From Basidioascus undulatus (lineage: Eukaryota): a stretch of 38,189 nucleotides of DNA. The notes below the pieces were generated by a model that was given only the letters and a program-made list of their open reading frames with translations, was not told the DNA's origin and did not search any database. The DNA lies in the NCBI GenBank assembly GCA_000826855.1, contig JTLS01000043.1:1-38189 (forward strand). Reading direction: 5' to 3'. The position numbers were made by a program, and so were the translations under genes. Every line of letters starts with the position of its first letter. The stretch's first letter is position 1. Shown here piece after piece: positions 10,469 to 19,787 of the stretch.

Positions 10469-12026
10469 CGTTTCTAGAATTGGATGGGATAAGGAAGGCA
10501 ATGAGGTACGAGGTCAGTGAGGTACAGGAACATGATGCACTCGAGTGAGAACGCTGATAAAGCTAGCTCGGCCAAGGATGGTGTGCTTGATTACTTCGGC
10601 ATACGGATCCGATTCTGGAACTTGGCCGAATCGAATAGGGGAGTCGGTACGGTGATACTGTAAGTCGCAATGGCAGACGGGGGAGCGAAACAAAGCGAAG
10701 ATGAGGCGAGAGGGCAAGCGAAGCACGCAACCGCCGTGTCTTTGACAGCCGCTGATCCTGCAGTCATCTTGCTGTCGCGAACGCTTTCAAAAAGTTGGTA
10801 TTCCGCCTAGGGGAACATGTATATAGATATAGCGAAGGAATTTACTGATAGAAATAAAAAAAACCAATAACTTCATTTGGAAACCACCCGCTTGTTCTTG
10901 CTGGGGTGGATCAGTGCGGGCTGGCGGACTGCGTTCCATGCTGTCCTGCCATTTTCAGAGCTACGTTGCGCTGCAGTTGCTGGAAAATCCCATGAGCGAG
11001 AAATTTCTTTTGCCCATATACTGGGGAAGGGACACCAATTTATACCCTTCCGAATGTGCGAGAGGAGAGTGAAACTGCATGCAAGAAGTCTCGAAAGGAC
11101 CTGGATTACCTAGGTCGAAACAACTGTTTTATCTAATATTCGCAGCTGCTAGTACTCTATACCTACGTATTAGAGAGGAATAGTCAAAAGGCAGCAGAAG
11201 TTCGGAAAGCCCAAGATTCGATGTCGGCTCAAACTACTCTCTTCAGAGTTTGGTGCAACCTTGCTCACTCGTCCCGCACCAGGAGTTGTGAACACTCGGT
11301 CTTCGGAGCGCCTCATGTCTTCCAAGCGGTTCTATATCCAGGTGTTCCAGCTTGACTTCTGAACCGAGGGGAATGTGCAGGAAAGACAAGCTTGTGCGTG
11401 GCACCGTCGCTCTACCAACGGCAACGCAAGGCAGCACGTACTTCGCGCATCGAGACGTTGTCTAGAAGGTCGATTGAGTCCGTATTTGAGAAAATAAAAA
11501 GTACTAGATTTTTTGTCGAGTAGAACTGGTTGACCGGCAGTGGGAATGCTTGGCAGTATCGCATGCTGTGAGCCGTATACTATGGCCGCAGTCAGTCTCT
11601 ACACCTTGCAATTGAAGAATGTCAAGACACACGCAGCGTACAGTATTGGCGAAATAAGCCCTCAGACGGAACAAGGTATCAACCCTGTTCTATTGGAGCT
11701 TTTTCAATCTGCAGAATTGGTGCAACACCTCGGTGAGTGCAAATTGACTGCCGGCTGCCGGCTGTCCGACCTGCCGCTGAATTGCATCTCCCGCTCGAGA
11801 GCTCTGCCAGAAGTCCTTGGAAAATGTCACAGATTCTTACAAGTAACATAACATGAGAGGAAATATCAAGAGTGTGCAGTCCTTGGAAGCGAGTAATAGC
11901 TCAAAAAGCCTGCATTAAACCCATGGTCTGCGTGTACAAAGAACAACACATCTGGCAAAACCGCAGCATTCCACAGTTTTCCCAAAAATATGAACAACAT
12001 AAGCACTAGAGATTACTATGATATCC

Positions 12027-12740
12027 TTAGAGGGATGCCGCGATCGCGCCGACAAGGACAGCCGCGAGCGCAGCGACCGATGAGCCGCTGAAGCCCGCGG
12101 CGCCATTGTTGCCCGTGGTGCTGGACGTGGAAGAGGGGGCCGCGGAGGTACCGGATGGGGAGGAAGAAGCGCCGGAGGAGGTGGACGAAGGGCTGCCGGT
12201 GGTGGACGAGGCGCCGGTGGCATTGCACTGGGCCTGCGAGGAAAAGGGGGTGCGTGAGATGAGATCAGGGGATAGACGTGTGTGGTGGGGCCGGAAAAAG
12301 GAGTGAGATGAGGGAACAGGGGGTTGGGATGAAAGGGTAGGGAAGAGGTACGAACCTGCTGGAGGGCCAGACCGGTCTGCTGGTCCGCCTCAGTGCAGTT
12401 GGCCTGGAGACACGCCCCCGTGGCAGACTGGAACGACTCGGACGTGCAGAAGCAGGAGATGTCGAGACTTTTCCGCGCCCGATGTGCACACATCAGCCCA
12501 CTCCACCCAGCTCGAAATGAGATGAGAAGACGCACAGGCTCGCGCAGCCCCCCTCGGCGATACCTTGTTGCGTGCAGTTAAGGACCTGTGCGGGATCAGG
12601 AAGAGACGTGAGATAAGATCCTGGTGACATCAGAAAGCTCTCCAGCGTACACATTCCGGGATGCTCGACACGTCCGGGAGCTGGGCGACGGCCAGAAGAG
12701 GGAGTGCAGCGAGCGCGAGAGAGGCCAGGCGGAACTGCAT
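12027..12740 (-). CDS. Small secreted, probably GPI-anchored CFEM-domain protein (4 exons)
   Basis: Signal peptide MQFRLASLALAALPLLAVA. Eight-Cys CFEM: IPEC|VLNCTQQGIAEGGCASL|LDISCFCTSESFQSATGACLQANCTEADQQTGLALQQ|AQC. Ser/Thr-rich stalk, then NNGA plus hydrophobic tail SVAALAAVLVGAIAASL*, with TAA at 12029-12027. Confidence 0.92.
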
Positions 12741-12828
12741 TTTCAGCGGGTGTGGGTCTACCGGGGACGCGGGTGGGGGCAGATGGTGATGGGGAGAAAG
12801 GCAGAAGGTCACTCGGGGGCTCGACCGC

Positions 12829-12836
12829 TTTTTATA
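12829..12836 (-). promoter_or_regulatory. TATA box of the CFEM gene
   Basis: TATAAAAA on the minus strand about 90 nt upstream of the ATG at 12740, in an otherwise GC-rich promoter. Confidence 0.55.
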
Positions 12837-13786
12837 TTGCCTCCTTGGCCGTTCTTGAAGCTTGCACGAAATGGCGAGGCCCGAAGGAGGCGTCCGAGCC
12901 GCATCGATTCCGGACAGCCGCGACAGACGGTCACGTGCAGAAAATGGATGCTTGGGAACCGGCTCTCAAGAAACCCAGCCATTCGAGAAGCGGAATACTA
13001 AACAATTTGAAGAGTCTATGGTTGAAGTCGTGGGTCCAACTGTGAAGTGCTCTGTCAGTTTCAAGTTCAAGGAAGTGTGATACGTGACGTTTGTCGAGCG
13101 AGACACAGCGAGCGGCCTGCGAAGAGGCTTGCATTGCGATTGCCAAAGACACAGAACACAACGCCTCAAGCTGCGCAATTGATATTGTTTATTGTTCCAC
13201 GTCAGAAAGCAATTAGATACATTCTTCCTTCTAAAAGCCCTGAAAGTGAGCAGCACTTGAGCAAGCGTTGTTACAGAGTGCACTTTCAGGCGAGGCTGCA
13301 GCATGTACGATGTTCAAGAGCTGCACCTGGTGCCTTCATTCAACGAAACTCAGAGTTCAGCAACAAATTTTTGGTGAAAGGAGCTGGGCCGCCAAGTAAG
13401 TAGAGGGTGCGGACCTCTGTATGCACTGGTGCCGTGCCTCATTTCGACACATCGCACGAAACATAGCGCTGTCACAAACTTTTCCAAACTTTCTGCCTCA
13501 TTAGGGAATATTCCAATCCAATACTTAGGCTCAATACTTTACTGCCCTGCTACACGGTCCTTGTTCCCGGAGGGCTAGAAGACTGCGCGCCCGATGCACG
13601 ACAGACGGCCTACTTCAGCAAGGAAGTGTTCACTGGTGCGGTGGAAAGGGAGACCAATACGTTTCATACGATGAGAAAGATTGCTAAACGTCAACATGTG
13701 TGATTATAGGAAAGTGGGGTATAACAACATCGAGTCTTGTCCCAGCAACTCGCCCCGTAGCAACGCTCCTCCCACCCAACCCGGCT

Positions 13787-14540
13787 CTACTCTTTCCCTC
13801 CCTTCCCGCCTCCCAGCTTCTTCCCCTTCATCGCAATATCAGAAAAGCTATGGACCCGTGTTGTATCGTAAGCGGGCTGCTCCTCCCCTTCCTCTTTCTT
13901 GCCGACCCACTCGTCCAGCAGCGTGTCCTCCCAGCGCGTTTCCTGCGCGAGGGAGGAGAAGGCGGTTGTGACTCCTATGGAATTGCAGAGACACTGTGAG
14001 GTTGGATAAAGGCGGGGTACGCAAATAAGTTGGAGACGTGCGGTTAAAGGCGAGCGTTGCGGAAGGGTGGGGGTTGTGATCTGTCGCGAGGAAGGAATCG
14101 GTGGTCCGTCAGAGAAGGCCGAGGAGATAGTGAAGTTGGGGCGCACCTGGGTGGAGCTTTAGGAGAAGCTACACATCATAGGGGGATCTTGAGCTGGTCC
14201 GGGGCAGGCGAAAAAGAAGCATTGACTCACTTTACGGTAGACTTTCCTGACACTTCCCTCCTCCAGGTCCCCCGCCTGCACCCCCAAGATGAAAGCGGCC
14301 TGTCATCCCCCGCCCTCTCAGTCCCATTACCTCCCTATTGGCGCTCTAGGTTTCTATGCCCACATGAACATCCTGCCCGTGCGCCAGCACCTGCTCGACC
14401 AGATCCGTCTGCTCTGCCCTTGGCTCGCGGGGGGTGTGCGGCTGTGGCGACGGGGAGGGCGAGGAAGAGTCTTCCAAGGCGGCGGGGAGAATTTTGCCTG
14501 GGGGAGCGGAATCTTTGGAAAGTGAGGACGAATCCGCCAT
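13787..14540 (-). CDS. Small J-domain (DnaJ/Hsp40 class C-type) protein
   Basis: ATG at 14540. Spliced: ...DLVEQVLAHGQDVH|AAFILGVQAGDLEEGSVRKVYRK|LLLKLHP|DHNPHPSATLAFN|RVTTAFSSLAQETRWEDTLLDEW...GGKE*. HPD motif and J-domain helix pattern are intact. The model needs a GC-AG intron at 14041-13975. The 3' end is less certain. Confidence 0.8.
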
Positions 14541-16189
14541 GGCGAGTGGTGCAAGAGGTGAAGGCGGGGTAGAGCTCGAAGAAATGAGAAGGGAAGCGGT
14601 CGATCGATGAAGTAACTCGCTAAAGTGCTTGGAGGGTGGCGATGATTCTGAATTTGCTTTGTCAATTTGAAGGGGCCCTTTGAGAAAATTAGAAGTGAGC
14701 AAATGAGGACGTGAACAACGGGCGGGCGAACAACGTGGCAAGTTCTCTACCGCGTTTGCCCCGACTGCGCCGTATTTCGACGGCATTTTCGACGGCAGTG
14801 ACGTTTTTTGTGTGGTCGTGGCGGTCGCGACGGTCCCGTGTTTTTGTTGACAAGATGAGTAACGGCATATAGTTACACTACTATCCCTTCAAGCTCATTG
14901 CAGTTTCGCGGCAACCGGCCGCATTGGCGGCCGTTGGTCCCTCTCCGCCTCGTATCAAACAATGCGGGCTCTCAGTGCAGGTTAATACTTTGGAAGTATG
15001 AACTTCAGAGCACAATGCACATGCATGTATCCCAGTGTTGCCAAGCATTTCGTTGCCCGCGATCTCCACGTCGCTCCACCGTGGGAAGTCGGGCTGCTGA
15101 AGTTCTGCCGCCAGAACTGTCGACTAGGTGTGTATTTTAATACCACGAGCAGCAGAGATTTTACATTAATGGGGCGCTGCCGGGAGCGAAAGTTCCGTTG
15201 ATGGTCAATGAGAAATTCTGCCGCCGAGGCCACTGAAAGTTCTGCTGCTTGGCTGCAGGAAAAAAATGGGACTTTCATACGCCAGATGCTGTGAATGGGC
15301 GTAGGAAAGCCTTCAGGATGAGCCAGTTCTCCATAGCATTTCAGGCTCAGGATTTCTGCTTTCTGCAAAACTTCCAAGGCCCATCTGCAAACTTCTCTCG
15401 GATCAGCACACATATTACAGGTTGTCACAGTGCTATAGAATGTTGTCACTCTTCGGTCGCAAATGCTCATAGCAGTTCCCCAGCTCTCCGCCCGCACCCG
15501 CACAGCTAGGAACCCAAGCCTCCCGCCCGCCGCAGGGCGGCGGGTCGACTTGCGCGTCGCCGCCTGAGCCGGAGCCGGAGTCTGCAAGGCAATGCAAGCG
15601 AGTCAATGATAAACACAGAAGAAAAATATAAGGAAAACACCTTCACGGGAAGGGAACATCGTAATTCTTGAGGTTTCATGAGGGGTTTTCTTTTGTGCAT
15701 GGCCGGCAATGAAGGGCCGCTCTGTGCCGTTGTTGGCTGGCAGAGCGAAGCTTTATGCGAAACGCGGTCGACGAGGCAGGAAAGGACAGGATGGCTCATA
15801 TCCAGGCATACGCTCTCAATTGAATTGATCTATCTCTTTAAACTCTTTAAACTTACTGTGAATTTCCTCAAAGAAGTGGCATATGGTGATGGGTTGCTGC
15901 CTCGGTATCGGGAACGGTCTTCTGGCTGACGCAATGGCACCGCAACGCTAGCAGCTCCCCCTCGCTGTACATGCAACGTTAAATACCATTGAATTTTCCA
16001 GAATCACTTATTGCTGCTTTTGCAGCGAGTCATAGTTATCAAGAACGTCTTCCAGTTTACGTGGGAAAGGCTGAATTGCACGAGACTTACAACGCGGTCG
16101 CGTCAAGCTCGTCTTGCCCATCACCGCGCCTTACTCTCTCCGGCCTCAGGCCACTCACACCAAACTAGTAACACTATCGAGGCTGTTCG

Positions 16190-19100
16190 ATGGACACGCG
16201 CCTCGATTCCGAGTTCTCCTCGTTCGCGGAGATACTGCAGCACCTGCGCACCGGCGGCGCAGACGCGCTCGAGCTGCCCGCGCTCTTTGCCCGCGCGTGC
16301 GACGCCAAGCTCGACGAGCCCGAGGACCTCGCCGATGTCGAGCGCGAGGCGTGGGAGCTTGAGCGGAATACTTGGACGCTTGTGCAGGCGCTGTACGAGT
16401 ACGTCTGGCGCTGGGGAGATCGGCAACGCGCCGGGAGGGGAACGCTCATCTCCGTGCCTGCAGGGAGCGATTGAGCGAAGATTACGACGGGCCTACACCC
16501 GACCAGATGCTCGCGGAGAACCCTTACGCCCCGCCGCTGGCGATAGTCCAATCTCTGATCGCGTCAGACAAATCCCTAACCGAGCTCAACGTGCGTCTTC
16601 TCGCTCCCCTTCCCGGATTCTTGCGTCTTTACTCAGAACCACACCTCTTTGCAGACCATCCGTCACTGGCTGCATTCCATTCCCACGCCCGTCTACCCCG
16701 TCGAAGTCCGCAAGGGCTTCCACACGTACACCAAAAACCGTCTCAAGCACGCCGCCCGGTCCGGGCAGGCGCCCCCGCGCGGCTTGGTTGGGACCTTGGA
16801 CCCCGACGCGACGGTCCGGACGGGAGGGCGGCTGGATGCGGACGATGCGGTGCGTAGTGTGGAGCTATGCTTGGGATTGTCGGACGCGTGGGGAGAAGGT
16901 CGGTGGGGCTGATGGGGAGGAGGCACCGGGACAGGCATACGACAAACCGTTCCTGCGCACGCTGTACGAGTATGTCCGCTTGGGGCGGATGGACCTCGCG
17001 CTCGACGTCTGCCGCACTTCCGATCAATCCTGGCGCGCTGCGACTCTCCGCGGCGGCCAGCTGTGGAACGACCCGTCCCTCAGTACGCCACATTCTCCCC
17101 GGCAGTCTCCTCTGGTCCATGTAACGCGCGGGCTGTCAATTGAGCGTGACCTATTCCTCCTCCGTTTCGCGTAGTTAACGATGACGAAGCCGCCATGGAC
17201 CTCTCCACCTCCGATCTTCCCTCTTCCACATCTGGGAACCCATCTCGGCAGCTGTGGAAGTCTATGTGCCGCAAGCTGTCTACGAACGTGCGTGCTTCAT
17301 ACCTTGCGTCCACGCCCTTTCCTTCACTTTCTTACGAATCTATATTATTGGCTCAAGCCCAACCTCGACCCGTATGAGCGCGCCTTGTACGGCGCCCTCT
17401 CCGGAGCGCTCGCGCCTGTGCTGCCCGTCTGCGCGACGTGGGAGGACCACCTTTGGGCGCGCGTCAACGCGCTCATGGAGCGTCGCGTGGATGAGAGCCT
17501 GCACGACGTCGGCGGGTGGTGGATCGAGCGTGAATTGGAGCGCGCGAACGCGCTGGCGCTGGATGAGCCGGGGGTGCCGGAAGGCCTGGAAGCTGTGTTT
17601 GAGCAGATTCGGAAGGTGGACGGCGCGGTCGGGTACGTCCAACTCCATGCCTTCTATTGTTTGGCGTTCCGTATTTACGCAATCCTTTTCCTGTGCCGAA
17701 CACAGCGCCGCCGCCCAAAACCCCTACCACGTCGCGCAGCAGGACCTGATCCTCTCCCGGCCCGCGCACCTCATCTCCTTCTTCGCCGCACAACTTCCCT
17801 CCCTGCCGAGCAGCGTGTCGCCCGAGCTCCTCGCGCAGCTCCTCCGCTTCTTCTCGCATCTCATCCTCTTCCTCCGAGCCCTCGGCCGCGACGAGGACGT
17901 CCCCTCGGGCTCCGCGGACGTGATCATCGAGGCGTACGTGCGCACGCTCGAACTGCGCGGGGAGAGCAGGGAGCTCGTCGCGCTGTATGCGGGGTGCTTG
18001 GGCGAGGACGCGGGTGGGGAGAGCTATGCGCGGTTCTTGCACTGTGCGTCGAGTTCGTTTCGCTTGGCCACCAGCGAGTGGGGCATTTTGCGGGCGCTGA
18101 CATCAGATGCGGACGCTGCTTTTCTCGTGACCTCGGCAGCTCTCGACCCCCAGCTCGACATTGACACGCGCCGCGCAGCGCTGCTGCAGACGTCGGAGCA
18201 CGGCCTCGACCTCGCGCGCGTCGCGAGCCGCACTGTCGAGCTCACGCTGGCCGACACGTTCATGGTATGTCCCCCACCTCTTCGCTTTTCACAAGTTCAT
18301 TGCTCATTTCGCTGACCCGCTCAATCCAACCAGTCCATGCCCGACTTCGGCCAGACCGCCGTTTCGCTTACGGACTTTTCGACCGCGCTCTCGCAGCGCG
18401 AAGTCGTCCTCATCCGCTCACTCGAGTGGCTCACATTCGCCAAAGAGACGTACCCCGACGCGCTGGGGCAGACCAACGGTCTCATGCGGTTCTTCCTTTG
18501 TGCGTGTCTCTCGTCTCAGTCCTGATGACCATCCTGTCGTCTCAATCAGGCGCGCGACTGACGCTTGACTTTGGCTGTTGTTCAGCGTCCGGCAAGATCC
18601 ATGCTTCTTCTTCCCTTCTCTTCTCGCTCCCCGGCGACCTGCTTTCCGCCCAGCCGCCACGACCTGCAGGCACCGAGGACGAGTCAGACCAGGCGATGGA
18701 GTACGCGCACTACCGCGCATTCTTCGACGTCCTCCAGCTGCATTCGCAGTGGTCCGAGCTCTGGAGCCGCCAACCGTCCGAGGCGCGCGGCGCGGCCGAG
18801 ATGCACTCCTGGGTAACGGCTGTGCGGGTGCGTGCTTCGTGATGAACGTCATGAACGTCAGAGGTCGCATGCGCGTCAAGCTGACCGATCATATGCGCCT
18901 TTCGGACGGCTTGGTTTTGTTTTGGTAGGAGTCAACAAAGCAAGTGTACAAGGCTTCGCTCGACCTCCTCCAGTCCGAGTGGCTCAAGATTGAGATCGTT
19001 TCCGACACGCTGGATGGTCAGTGCTCGAACCTCGCTGAAGTAATGACAGACAGTGCTGACGGTTCGTAAACCCGCTCGGTTTCAGGCGAGCGCCGCGCGG

Positions 19101-19449
19101 CCGAGCTCGCCCGCATCCGCCAAATTTACATCCCCGAGCTTGTCCATCGGTTGCACCACGTTCTCTTCGCCGCGCGCACAGTGGAGCCTTCGTGCGTTTA
19201 CATTCTCTCCTGCCTTAATGACACGCATTGTTGACTGGCTTGATTTCGCACTCCAGACATCTGCAGCACGCGCTGGAGCTGCCCAACGTCGTCGCGGACG
19301 AGCGGCACAAGCTCTACACCGAGTTCCTTTCACAGGGCCAGAACTCCCTCCCAGCGTACCTGGACCTCGTGCGCGCTGCCGCGCTGGCATGCTTGGACGA
19401 AGCGAAGGGTGGGAGGGATCCTTTCCAAGCGCCAGCTGCGGGTGCATGA
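16190..19449 (+). CDS. NUP84: Nuclear pore outer-ring nucleoporin Nup84/Nup107
   Basis: MDTRLDSEFSSFAEIL...WELERNTWTLVQALY; ENPYAPP; LDPDATVRTGGRLDADDA|AYDKPFLRTLYEYVRLGRMDLALDVCRTSDQSWRAATLRGG; GNPSRQLWKSMC; LDPYERALYGALSG...VCATWEDHLWARVNAL; LLRFFSHLILFL; LVALYAGCLGE; LIRSLEWL; ELARIRQIYIPEL; VADERHKLYTEF; TGA at 19447-19449. Confidence 0.95.
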
Positions 19450-19453
19450 GAAC

Positions 19454-19454
<1 letters not shown>

Positions 19455-19484
<30 letters not shown>
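19455..19484. repeat. Interrupted (TA)n microsatellite just after the Nup84 stop codon
   Basis: ATATATATATAATATATATATATATATATA read directly from the sequence. Confidence 0.9.
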
Positions 19485-19787
19485 CGTCGCGAAACTTGAA
19501 GTGCTCGCACGCGCGCACTTTACTTCTCAGACAGCAGGCGGAGTAGCATGAAGGATCTAGTGCGGCGTGTGCGTGTATGGTTATGAATCTCGGCCGTGTA
19601 TGTGAGTACAATTACAAACAATGCCAGCCCTCTGACGCAACAGAATAGCTGAGAAAGGAAAACAGGAAGACCAAAAGAGTATGGGCTGGAAGGCGGCGGA
19701 AGGTAATAAATGCGTGATCAGGAGCGTTCGGACGATTGGGGCGTGGGGTGAGACGGTGTGGGTGTGGGGGTACGCGATTAAGAGGTG

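Noticed and set aside
8763..12740. TauD, CFEM and the nearby ABC remnant as a secondary-metabolite cluster
   Set aside because: No backbone synthase (PKS, NRPS, terpene synthase), the transporter is dead, and the dioxygenase looks like an ordinary sulfonate-scavenging enzyme.
14916..14933. 7-bp GC hairpin CGGCCGC-ATTG-GCGGCCG
   Set aside because: Short, expected by chance in GC-rich DNA, with no terminal motif, target-site duplication or ORF linked to it.
14982..15587. 201-aa minus-strand ORF in the J-protein/Nup84 spacer
   Set aside because: Non-ATG start, no recognisable motifs, no convincing splice structure or codon bias.
16011..18164. 387-aa and 327-aa plus-strand ORFs overlapping Nup84
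   Set aside because: Mostly off-frame read-through across introns; only parts match true Nup84 exons.
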